NCBI GenBank assembly: GCA_913047625.1
Contig: CAJWUJ010000002.1
Coordinates: 2,743-66,742, forward strand
DNA: 64,000 nucleotides
From: an uncultured Dehalococcoidia bacterium
GTDB lineage: Bacteria > Chloroflexota > Dehalococcoidia > Lucifugimonadales > CAJWUJ01
Direction: 5' to 3'
The position numbers and the translations under genes were made by a program. Shown piece by piece: positions 27,919-36,236 of this stretch (within the stretch, counting starts at the first letter, position 1; every line of letters begins with the position of its first letter). The notes beneath the pieces are model-generated. The model worked only from the letters and a program-made list of their open reading frames with translations, was not told the origin of the DNA and did not search any database.

Positions 27919-29646
27919 ATGACAAGTGGAACAACTGATGCAGCAAGACTAGAGGTTTTAAAGAATAGCCTTGAGGGTATTGCTGACGGCATGGCTATGA
28001 CAGTGCTTAGGACAGCACGGTCGGCAGTTGTCAGGCAATCAACTGACTTTTCAACTGCCATACTAAGCGCTAATGGAGAATTAATTGGCCAGGGATTTTG
28101 TTTACCTCCTCACATGGGCGGTATGGTTCCTGCACTTCGGGCAGTGGTTGCTCGATACGAAGGCCAAATATTCCCAGGAGATATGTTTGCCCTTAATGAC
28201 CCATATGAAGGAGGTAGCCATCTGCCTGACATATTCATTTTTAAGCCTATGTTTCGGAACGATACCATAGTGGCTTATTTGTGTGCTATGGCTCATCAAA
28301 CTGATATTGGAGGGAGAGTAGCGGGTGGTAATGCATGCGATTCTTCTGAAATTTATCAAGAAGGACTCAGGATTCCACCAGTGAAGCTCTATGATGAAGG
28401 AATACCCAACGAGACAGTATTTCGCATTTTAGAAAAAGCGGTTCGTGTTCCAGATATTGTGATGGGGGATATTGCTGCTCAGATAGCAGCTATTCACTAT
28501 GGTGAAGGGGAATTCTTGAAAGTAGTGGATCGCTATGGTCTGGAAAACTTTCAGCAATATGTTGAAGAACTGGTTGATTATACTGAATCATTAACACGAG
28601 CTGCCATTCGGAAAATGCCAGATGGTTCATGGACTTGGAGTGATTATATTGATGATGACGGGTTTGATTCAGGAACAATCACTATTACCGCGACCGTAAC
28701 AAAAAAAGAGGATGAACTTTTTGTAGACTTTACTGGAACTTCACCTCAGTGTAAGGGGGCAATTCAGCCAGTATTTGCAACTACAAAAGCAGTAGTTTAT
28801 GCAGCTCTTAAAACAATGCTAGGAAACGAAATTCCCAATACATCGGGATATTTTCGCCCAGTGACAATCACGGCTCCGGAAGGAACGTTTGTCAACCCAA
28901 TTTTACCAGCGCCTGTTGCAGCCAGAACATTGGGTCTCATACGGATCGTTAATGCCGTTTTTGGGGCGTTTGCTCAGATGGCTCCAGACACAGTATATGC
29001 TGCCTGTGCTGGTTCAGATCTAGGACTAGGTATGGCTGGATATGACAAATCTAAGGTTCCATGGAAGCCTTGGGTTCTATTGGAATTCCATAATGAACCA
29101 GGTAGAGGAGGTTTCCCAGATAGAGATGGTCATGACGGAGTCGCAGCCGGTATTGTCAACCAAGCTAATATTCCAGTCGAAACTATTGAAGCAGAACACC
29201 CCCTAAAGGTATTGGAGTACAACTTTGTTTCTGATACCGAGGGAGCCGGCATGTTCAGGGGTTCAATGGGGATGACTCGATCTTGGGAATACACAATGTC
29301 TGATACGGTGCTACAGGTGCGTAGTGACCGACAGAAACATGCCCCTTATGGCTTGCATGGTGGCCAAGAACCGAGACTAGGAACTATTTCAGTCAAGAAA
29401 AACGGTGAAGAAAAGCCCATGCCTTCAAAATTCCTAACTGACATGGGGGTTGGTGACACAATCAGCGTGGTGTGGCCAGGTGGAGGTGGTTGGGGCGACC
29501 CTTCCCAAAGAGATCCGGAGATGGTCTTATGGGATGTGATTGAGGAGAAAGTTTCATTGGAAAGGGCAAAGGCTGTATATCGCGTTGCTATTACTTCTGA
29601 TGGAACCAGTATTGATTGGGCTGAAACCAAACAGATACGCGGCTAA
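27919..29646 (+). CDS. Hydantoinase B / oxoprolinase (HyuB) family protein, copy 2
   Basis: 575 aa, collinear with copy 1 (LEVLKNSLEGIADGMAMTVLRTARSAVVRQSTDFSTAIL...PGGGGWGDP). GAGGAG RBS 7 nt upstream. Confidence 0.85.
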   Translation: MTSGTTDAARLEVLKNSLEGIADGMAMTVLRTARSAVVRQSTDFSTAILSANGELIGQGFCLPPHMGGMVPALRAVVARYEGQIFPGDMFALNDPYEGGSHLPDIFIFKPMFRNDTIVAYLCAMAHQTDIGGRVAGGNACDSSEIYQEGLRIPPVKLYDEGIPNETVFRILEKAVRVPDIVMGDIAAQIAAIHYGEGEFLKVVDRYGLENFQQYVEELVDYTESLTRAAIRKMPDGSWTWSDYIDDDGFDSGTITITATVTKKEDELFVDFTGTSPQCKGAIQPVFATTKAVVYAALKTMLGNEIPNTSGYFRPVTITAPEGTFVNPILPAPVAARTLGLIRIVNAVFGAFAQMAPDTVYAACAGSDLGLGMAGYDKSKVPWKPWVLLEFHNEPGRGGFPDRDGHDGVAAGIVNQANIPVETIEAEHPLKVLEYNFVSDTEGAGMFRGSMGMTRSWEYTMSDTVLQVRSDRQKHAPYGLHGGQEPRLGTISVKKNGEEKPMPSKFLTDMGVGDTISVVWPGGGGWGDPSQRDPEMVLWDVIEEKVSLERAKAVYRVAITSDGTSIDWAETKQIRG

Positions 29647-29717
29647 TTACAGACTGAACAATCAAGATTCAAATTAAGCAGAGTATATGCTTACTACGCA
29701 GAGGGTGCTTGGATAGA

Positions 29718-30506
29718 TCAAGTGACAGGACTTGCCCCTCCGTCTGCATTTACCGAAACACCTGTGATATAGCTGGCGCGGTCTGAAGAAAGAAACGTGA
29801 TGAGATCTCCTGCTTCATAGTCTTCGCCTACGCGTTGCAGAGAAGCCCCTCGTCCAGCAGCTGTTTTATTTAACCATGCTTGCTCATCTTCACCTTTCCC
29901 CGCTTTCACCCACCTGTTATGTACCTGTTCACTTTTAATCAGACCAATAGGTACTGTATTCACGCGAATATTGAATTGACCAAATTCCTTGGACATAGCT
30001 TTAGTTAGGGCGATTCCAGCAGCTCTGCTTATAGCGGTTGGAAACGATGAAGCGGGAGGCGCTTTCCCAAGGACTGCAGTAACATTAACGATACTACCTC
30101 CTCCTTGTTTTTTCATATGGGGTATTACCTGTCTGCTGAATCGGATTGCACCAAATAGTTTCAAATCCAAATCAGCTGCCCATTCGGCATCATCAACTTC
30201 ATCAAAAGGATTGCTGGAAGCAGTACCAGCATTATTGACCAATATGTCAATTTTCCCGAACAAGTCAATTGCTTTTTGCACAGCTCCTTCTATATCTTTT
30301 GGCTTTGTGACGTCACCTGAAACTGTTGTGATATTGGCTCCAGTAGCATCCAGTATTTCCTTTGATGCATTATCGAGTCTTTCTTGTCTTCGGGCAAATA
30401 TGATAACGTTTGCTCCTTCAGCAGCAAGACTTTTGGCGGCAGCTTTCCCGATGCCCTCGCTTCCACCAGTGATGATAGCAACTTTACCCTTGAGTCCTAG
30501 ATCCAT
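29718..30506 (-). CDS. SDR-fold protein with non-canonical active-site motif
   Basis: TGGSEGIGKAAA and NNAG are present. The Y-x3-K position reads T-A-I-S-R (30024-30038) and the catalytic-Ser region reads NVTAV. Confidence 0.75.
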   Translation of the reverse strand: MDLGLKGKVAIITGGSEGIGKAAAKSLAAEGANVIIFARRQERLDNASKEILDATGANITTVSGDVTKPKDIEGAVQKAIDLFGKIDILVNNAGTASSNPFDEVDDAEWAADLDLKLFGAIRFSRQVIPHMKKQGGGSIVNVTAVLGKAPPASSFPTAISRAAGIALTKAMSKEFGQFNIRVNTVPIGLIKSEQVHNRWVKAGKGEDEQAWLNKTAAGRGASLQRVGEDYEAGDLITFLSSDRASYITGVSVNADGGASPVT

Positions 30507-30588
30507 TGTATCCTCCTCTATACATTACTTAACTTAGTACTACTGTTGATTATATCAAATGAAAAAACGTCGAATCCTATGACCTGAA

Positions 30589-30969
30589 TTAGCTATGAGT
30601 AGGAGCCTGCAATACTTGGATAATGTTGTTCTCTGGGTCTTTAAAAGTAGCGACAAAGCCACCCCATGCCTCTAACTCAGGCATTCTGATGAACTTCACT
30701 CCTTTTGTAACCATTGACACGGCTAGTTCATGGATATTATCGGTACCAAGATTGATCATTATGCGGTACGGATCTTTAGCTCGGCCTTCTACTTGTTCGT
30801 GGAAACCAATGTTTAGCCTAGTGTTACCAAACTTGAAAGCTACAAAGTTTTCGTTGATGCGGTGGGGCTTTATGTCAAAGACGCGGGAATAAAAATCAAC
30901 CAGCAGTTCTACATCTGTGGTCCAGATTATGACTCCTATAATACCAGATACACTAGGCGAGATATTCAT
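30589..30969 (-). CDS. VOC (glyoxalase/bleomycin-resistance/dioxygenase) family protein
   Basis: 126 aa with the paired beta-alpha-beta-beta-beta pattern (VDFYSRVFDIKP...ATFKDPENNIIQV). Its start lies 2 nt after the crotonase stop. Confidence 0.65.
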   Translation of the reverse strand: MNISPSVSGIIGVIIWTTDVELLVDFYSRVFDIKPHRINENFVAFKFGNTRLNIGFHEQVEGRAKDPYRIMINLGTDNIHELAVSMVTKGVKFIRMPELEAWGGFVATFKDPENNIIQVLQAPTHS

Positions 30970-30971
30970 GA

Positions 30972-31742
30972 TTATTTTCCTTTGAATACAGGCAATCGTT
31001 TTTCAGCAAAAGCCAATTTTGCTTCGTATCGGTCTTCCGTGTTTTCTAGAAGATCGTACGTTTCATCAATGTACTTGTACAAGGAGTCAAAGCCAGCTGT
31101 TTCTAGTAATAGATTGGTAGCTCTTTTAGTATACATCAGTCCAAGAGGGGGTTTCGAAGCTAGAAGAGTTGCCATATCATCCACAGCCGTTTCTAATTCA
31201 GGCTCTTCAACAACTGTATTTATTAATCCCCATTTTTCTGCTTCGAAAGCACTGATAAATCGTCCTGTCATGTTGATTTCCATTGCCCTTGCTCTACCAA
31301 CAGTAAATAGGTGAGCTCCTCCACTGTGCATGCCAATAAGGATTTCGCGCATTGCAAATCTAGCGTGACTTGCTGCGATTATGATATCGCATGCGGTTGC
31401 TAGATAGCATCCTCCACCGAGAGCGTCACCGTTTATTTTGGCTATTACTGGTTTGTCCATAGTGCGTAAAAGTTCCCGAGTATCAAGATTGACCTTCATG
31501 TATTCTTTAAACTCCTGCCGAGTGGCTTCTAGTGTGAAAGTGAGGTCTTGACCAGCGCAGAAAACTGGCCCGTTGCCTGTCAGTACAATGACTCGGACAT
31601 TGTTGTCGCTGAGAGCCTGCACAATAGCAGCGTTTAGTGCAGTGTACAGCTCGGGATTAGTAGCATTTCGCTTCTCAGGACGGTTCAGCGTAATTGTTGC
31701 TATTTTCTTATCAGTTGTATACAAAACTAAGGATTCGCTCAT
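30972..31742 (-). CDS. Enoyl-CoA hydratase/isomerase (crotonase), both catalytic Glu positions conserved
   Basis: ITLNRPEKRNA, FCAGQDL, INGDALGGG, AMREILIG and AMEINMTG. Confidence 0.85.
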   Translation of the reverse strand: MSESLVLYTTDKKIATITLNRPEKRNATNPELYTALNAAIVQALSDNNVRVIVLTGNGPVFCAGQDLTFTLEATRQEFKEYMKVNLDTRELLRTMDKPVIAKINGDALGGGCYLATACDIIIAASHARFAMREILIGMHSGGAHLFTVGRARAMEINMTGRFISAFEAEKWGLINTVVEEPELETAVDDMATLLASKPPLGLMYTKRATNLLLETAGFDSLYKYIDETYDLLENTEDRYEAKLAFAEKRLPVFKGK

Positions 31743-31833
31743 TCAACACCTCCATTGATCATTGACACAGCTAACAGGGTTGCGATGATACTTCTTCTAT
31801 AGTAACTGTGTATGCATATAACTAATAATTAAA

Positions 31834-32430
31834 CTACGCATGTGTAGAGGGTATGTCAAATGTAAGAATCGCGAAGCTGGATTCCAAATCCCGTTTTTGT
31901 TTTAGGTTAAAGCCTACAGCTTCTGCGGTTTTACTTAAGGAACTGAGTAAGGAATCCCTGTCTTTATTGCCGTTCCGTTCTTGCGGATTAGGGTCCGAGA
32001 TGATGATTGTAAGCCAGCCTTTGGCTCCCAAATCTGACATAAAGGATTGAAATTCTAGTCTGGAAGGAAATTTCTTAGTCGTGTCTACGTCGATAATAAA
32101 GCCATCCAGAGATCCTATGTGGTTTTTGGGACCAGCCTTTGGGTTTTGTGTAATGGAAACATTTGAGAGGCGGGCGGTATCGATGGTTTCTTGATAGTTT
32201 GTTAAATCTTTTTTAGTAGTGACAATTATAGATAGATGGCCTTCCCATAATGCCTTACCGAGAGCAGTGGCTAAGTCATTTGATTTAGCAATTGGGAATA
32301 ATCCGATATTCAAATAAGGACGTAATGGTATGAATGATAGTAGACGATGTAGGTCTCGTATCACTGGCTTAGAAGAGAAAGCTGAAATACCAACATGTTT
32401 TGGCATGATTGTCTTCTTCTGATCTGGCAT
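31834..32430 (-). CDS. Hypothetical protein (198 aa)
   Basis: ORF only. It sits on the same strand between the MFS and crotonase genes. It has a weak Rossmann/methyltransferase-like alternation (LDGFIIDVD...GAKGWLTIIISD) without a G-x-G-x-G motif. Confidence 0.5.
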   Translation of the reverse strand: MPDQKKTIMPKHVGISAFSSKPVIRDLHRLLSFIPLRPYLNIGLFPIAKSNDLATALGKALWEGHLSIIVTTKKDLTNYQETIDTARLSNVSITQNPKAGPKNHIGSLDGFIIDVDTTKKFPSRLEFQSFMSDLGAKGWLTIIISDPNPQERNGNKDRDSLLSSLSKTAEAVGFNLKQKRDLESSFAILTFDIPSTHA

Positions 32431-32467
32431 AGCAATCGGGGGTCTTATTTATAATTCGACCATTAAC

Positions 32468-33670
32468 TTAGGAACGAGGAATCTGGTCTTTTCTTGGTAG
32501 CGGAACGATTAAGCTTATGACGCATGATAGCATAATACAGGCTGATCCATAATAAAAAGCAGTCGAATTTTCTCCTGTAGCACTGACTAACACTCCAGTA
32601 ATCATCGGCGAGACAATTGATGAAAGAGACCCACCTGTAAACAGTACTCCAATTGTTGTGCCTTCACCACCGGTTGGGGCTGCATCCATTGCGGCCGCAA
32701 TGGATATGCTGGTTACTGCGTAAAATGTCAGACCAAGAAAAGCAACTGCAAGCGTGAATTGCCATCCACTAGCCGTGACTCCAAGTAAATAAGCCCCTAA
32801 TGCTGCCATGAAAAGTGCTGTGGCTAGCACAGGCTTCCGGCCAAATTTATCGGAGAGAATGCCAAGAATAGGTGCTGATCCCATGCCAAGAAGGGTTATA
32901 AGAGTAAGATGCAATCCAATTGCAGGGGTGTCGTAGAATAGATCTTCCTTGAGATAAATGGTAAAAAAGGTCAACAGACCGAAACGACCTGCAGATTGTA
33001 AAGCCATAACAAACATTAAACCCAAAAGGACTTTACTTCTAATAAAGTGACGAACTGCAGCTATAAACGAGTTATCTTTATTCGTTTGGTCTTTTATTCC
33101 CTGTACGCCTGGTAGTAGCCACCACAACAAAATAGCGAAGATAATACAGGGAAGAATTGCATAATGGGAGAGAGTTCTCCAAGAAACAGCAACAAGTAGG
33201 AAGCCAGTCAATATAGGGGCCAAGCTTTCCCCTGTGCTCGCTCCCGTAGCATGAATTGAAATTGCGAGACCCCTCTGATTCTTGATCCGCTGTGATAATG
33301 TGGAGATAGCTGGATGATGCCATGCCATACTCGAGACTCCGATGAGACTACAGGAGAAGAGAATAAGGAGATAATTAGGCGCAAGGCCAAGTAATAGATA
33401 GGATCCCCCTGCCCAAATAGTAGTTCCGGCTAATATGATTCTCCAATGTTTATATAAGATGTCGGAAAGCACTCCAAGAGGGAAGTTTAGTGTACCTCCC
33501 AAGAAGTTTCGCGAAGTAACAAGCAGGCTTGACTGAATGGGGCTCAGACCCATATCTGCTTTGATGAGAGGGAGAAACATTAAGAATCCCTGCAAGTAAA
33601 GATGCTGGATCCCATGACCTATGGCAATCGCCACCATGAGAACCCATTTATTTCGTCTCGTAATGCTCAT
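32468..33670 (-). CDS. MFS transporter
   Basis: 400 aa with about 12 hydrophobic segments and an inter-domain basic loop. Confidence 0.75.
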   Translation of the reverse strand: MSITRRNKWVLMVAIAIGHGIQHLYLQGFLMFLPLIKADMGLSPIQSSLLVTSRNFLGGTLNFPLGVLSDILYKHWRIILAGTTIWAGGSYLLLGLAPNYLLILFSCSLIGVSSMAWHHPAISTLSQRIKNQRGLAISIHATGASTGESLAPILTGFLLVAVSWRTLSHYAILPCIIFAILLWWLLPGVQGIKDQTNKDNSFIAAVRHFIRSKVLLGLMFVMALQSAGRFGLLTFFTIYLKEDLFYDTPAIGLHLTLITLLGMGSAPILGILSDKFGRKPVLATALFMAALGAYLLGVTASGWQFTLAVAFLGLTFYAVTSISIAAAMDAAPTGGEGTTIGVLFTGGSLSSIVSPMITGVLVSATGENSTAFYYGSACIMLSCVISLIVPLPRKDQIPRS

Positions 33671-33686
33671 CTAAAAAGTATGTTAT

Positions 33687-34403
33687 TCAATTAACAATCA
33701 TTAGGGCTTCTGTGAGGTCAATCGTACCACTGTACAGTGCTTTGCCCAAAATAGCTCCATCAATATTCAGGCTTGATAGCATTTGCAAATCTGCTACTTT
33801 GTGCATGCCGCCGGCTGCTAATATCTTCCCCTTTGTATTGGTGTTGACTTGTTGTATTAGATCAACATTTGGGCCTTTCAAAGTACCGTCGCGTTCGATG
33901 TCTGTAACAAGAAAGCGCAGTACCCCAACTTGCTCCATATGTTTCAGCAGGACCGACGCTGGCGTGGAAGTGAGTTCCTTCCAACCTTTCACTGCTACTT
34001 TCCCGTTTTGGCAATCCACTGCGACAATTATCTTTTCATTTCCAAATAACGCAATGCACTCTTCTATAAAGGCAGGATTTTCTATAGCTTTTGTTCCAAT
34101 AATAATTCTGTCTGCACCAGCCTGAAATGCCTGGGTTACACTTTCTAATGATCGGATTCCCCCGCCTAATTGAATAGGTATTGTAAGCTGGGAAGTTATT
34201 TTTTCGATTAGATCGAGGTTTTGAGGACTTCCTTCAGAGGAACCGTCTAGGTCTATAATGTGTAACCGTGTTGCACCCAAGGATTCCCAATGAAGAGAAG
34301 TTGCAATTGGATCGTCAGAAAAAACGGTAGCTTCTGTATACTTTCCCTTATGTAATCGGACCACTTGCCGCTCCAAGATATCAATTGCAGGAATTAGTTC
34401 CAT
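33687..34403 (-). CDS. hisA: 1-(5-phosphoribosyl)-5-[(5-phosphoribosylamino)methylideneamino]imidazole-4-carboxamide isomerase
   Basis: LIPAIDILERQVVRLHKGKY, LHIIDLDG, QLGGGIRS, VTDIERDGTLKG and GKALYSG. Confidence 0.9.
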   Translation of the reverse strand: MELIPAIDILERQVVRLHKGKYTEATVFSDDPIATSLHWESLGATRLHIIDLDGSSEGSPQNLDLIEKITSQLTIPIQLGGGIRSLESVTQAFQAGADRIIIGTKAIENPAFIEECIALFGNEKIIVAVDCQNGKVAVKGWKELTSTPASVLLKHMEQVGVLRFLVTDIERDGTLKGPNVDLIQQVNTNTKGKILAAGGMHKVADLQMLSSLNIDGAILGKALYSGTIDLTEALMIVN

Positions 34404-34411
34404 TAGTGTGC

Positions 34412-35044
34412 TTACCCAATCCCTTTCATGAAGTTGTCATAAATTGTTAACCCAAGTGGCCCACTTTTCTCTGGGTGAAACTGAGTAGCTAGAATATTGC
34501 CTGTTGCCAATACACTACAGAAAGAGAGGCCGTAGTTTGTAGTTCCAATTATTGTTTGTTGATCCTGCGGATCTGCGTAATAACTGTGAACAAAATAGAA
34601 GTAGGAAGCTGGCGGAATATCTTTAAAGGCTGGGTGTGAATCACTTAAATCGACTTTATTCCAGCCCATGTGTGGTACTTTAACCGAATTAGGTAAAAGT
34701 CGAGTCACCCCTGGAATTATATCCAAACACGCAGTATCTCCTTCTTCAGAACGAGACATCAAAGTTTGTAGGCCTAGACAAATTCCAAGAAAAGGGGTTC
34801 CGTTTTGAATAACAGTTTTTAGTGCATCAGCAATGTCGAGTCGGAGCAAGGCTGACATTGCTTTCGGAGATGAACCTTGTCCGGGGAAAACAATAGAATC
34901 TCCTAATAGTATGTCTTTTGGGTTGTTAGTAATAAATGGTTTATACCCCAAGTATTCAAAGGCGTTTTTAATGCTTTTGAGATTACCAGCTCCATAATCT
35001 ACAATAATTATTGAATTCTTCACATTAAACCCTACTAAGCTCAA
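34412..35044 (-). CDS. hisH: Imidazole glycerol phosphate synthase, glutamine amidotransferase subunit
   Basis: IIIVDYGAGNLKSIKNAF, GICLGLQ (nucleophile Cys), VHSY and TQFHPEKS. The track start is TTG 35044; GTG 35023 is an alternative. Confidence 0.9.
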   Translation of the reverse strand: MSLVGFNVKNSIIIVDYGAGNLKSIKNAFEYLGYKPFITNNPKDILLGDSIVFPGQGSSPKAMSALLRLDIADALKTVIQNGTPFLGICLGLQTLMSRSEEGDTACLDIIPGVTRLLPNSVKVPHMGWNKVDLSDSHPAFKDIPPASYFYFVHSYYADPQDQQTIIGTTNYGLSFCSVLATGNILATQFHPEKSGPLGLTIYDNFMKGIG

Positions 35045-35100
35045 TATATTTTTATAAAGCTATTAATTCGACTAACAATGGTGTGTTCAAACTTACCTGT

Positions 35101-35676
35101 TCAGCTTTTTGATCGCTTGGATGAAGGATCTTTGAATTGTTCAAAGCCCTTAGTCCTGTCGTTGAAACGTGCCAAAATGAATAACAGATCCGAGAGTCTA
35201 TTTAGGTAACGAAGCACCTCAGAGTTGGCTAGAAGGTTAGCTTCATAAAGTTTGACTGCTTCTCGTTCTGCTCTTCGTACAATGGTGCGTGCCATATCTA
35301 GAGCAGATGAGGTAGGCGAGTTTCCTGGAATGATGAATGATTTAGGTAGTTCAAACTTACCAGTCAACTCATCAATTTTTTCTTCGAGGCGGAGAGTCAT
35401 CTTTTCAGATACAGTTGTAAAGTGCTCTTGCAACTTACTGTAATCCTTAGGGCTGGTGGACAATTCTGCTCCTATAGTAAACAAGTCTTCTTGAAGTGAT
35501 TTAATTATGGATTTTATGTCAGTACTATCAGAAAGTGATCTGGCGAGACCAAGAGCAGAAACAGCTTCATCTGTGGTACCGTATGCTGCTAAATAAGGAT
35601 CAGATTTTGAGATCCTTCCCCCATATAAAAGACCCGTTTTGCCCTGATCACCATGCTTAGTATATATCTTTCCCAT
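35101..35676 (-). CDS. ATP:cob(I)alamin adenosyltransferase, PduO/MMAB type
   Basis: MGKIYTKHGDQGKTGLLYGGRISKSD is the typical PduO-type N-terminus. ATG 35676 has AAGAGG upstream. The 27-codon extension in the track ORF would lie upstream of the candidate promoter. Confidence 0.85.
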   Translation of the reverse strand: MGKIYTKHGDQGKTGLLYGGRISKSDPYLAAYGTTDEAVSALGLARSLSDSTDIKSIIKSLQEDLFTIGAELSTSPKDYSKLQEHFTTVSEKMTLRLEEKIDELTGKFELPKSFIIPGNSPTSSALDMARTIVRRAEREAVKLYEANLLANSEVLRYLNRLSDLLFILARFNDRTKGFEQFKDPSSKRSKS

Positions 35677-35709
35677 AAGACCTCTTATTCTTTTAGGATC
35701 ATTGCAAGG

Positions 35710-35718
35710 ATTATAGCA
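35710..35718 (-). promoter_or_regulatory. Candidate extended -10 promoter element (TGCTATAAT) for the adenosyltransferase gene
   Basis: The reverse complement of 35710-35718 is TGCTATAAT, about 35-40 nt upstream of ATG 35676. Confidence 0.3.
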
Positions 35719-35767
35719 CTTATGCTTGAAGACGGAGCAGGTGTTCAGATAATTCAACTAGTGTTTG

Positions 35768-35797
35768 TTGACTAATGATGTTGTACAATTGTACTAT
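35768..35797 (+). promoter_or_regulatory. Candidate sigma70-like promoter for iscA-ygfZ-fabI, with an embedded 12-bp perfect palindrome
   Basis: TTGACT (35768-35773), an 18-nt spacer, then TACTAT (35792-35797). The palindrome GTACAATTGTAC (35783-35794) overlaps the -10. Confidence 0.35.
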
Positions 35798-35846
35798 GAC
35801 CGCTACTAGGGCTATCTGCTAATTTAATAGGATGTAAGTAAAACTG

Positions 35847-36191
35847 ATGACAACGACCCAACCTTTAACTATTCATATAACCGAGAAAGCAGCATTACAT
35901 GTTAAAGAGTATGCGTCTGCCGAAAGCAAGCCAGGATACGGATTGCGAGTAGGAGTGAAGGGCGGAGGCTGTTCTGGTTTGACTTATACATTGTCCTTGG
36001 AGTTACAGCCTCAAGAAACTGACAAAATCATAGACGAACACGACGTTCGACTCTTTGTAGATAAGAAAGGCTATATTTTTCTCGCAGGAACGACACTTGA
36101 TTATTCAGACGGGCTAAATGGGAAAGGATTTGTTTTTAACAATCCTAACGCTAAGACCACCTGTGGTTGCGGTACCTCGTTTTCCGTCTAG
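35847..36191 (+). CDS. iscA: Iron-sulfur cluster insertion/assembly A-type carrier (IscA/ErpA/HesB family)
   Basis: 114 aa with GLRVGVKGGGCSGLTY and C-terminal CGCGTSF. Confidence 0.9.
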   Translation: MTTTQPLTIHITEKAALHVKEYASAESKPGYGLRVGVKGGGCSGLTYTLSLELQPQETDKIIDEHDVRLFVDKKGYIFLAGTTLDYSDGLNGKGFVFNNPNAKTTCGCGTSFSV

Positions 36192-36236
36192 AAACATGTG
36201 GCAGCTTGGCCTACAGAACACTGTAGGTGATTCGAT

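Noticed and set aside
29989-30537. 182-aa + strand ORF opposite the SDR gene. Similar antisense ORFs lie at 26275-26751, 30862-31314, 33712-34125, 38569-39093, 41278-42014, 42676-43528 and 63158-63502.
   Set aside because: Each lies opposite a gene with unambiguous family motifs. They are Ser/Pro/Ala/Leu-rich, lack SD sequences and are best explained as shadow ORFs.
33687-35044. hisH-hisA pair without adjacent hisF/hisB (followed by an MFS gene)
   Set aside because: Dispersed or partial his clusters are common in many phyla. There is nothing in the sequences themselves to suggest altered function.
35677-35757. 27-codon N-terminal extension of the adenosyltransferase ORF
   Set aside because: PduO-type proteins begin at the M-x-I-Y-T-K-x-G-D motif. 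ATG 35676 has an AAGAGG SD, and the candidate TGCTATAAT promoter lies inside the extension.
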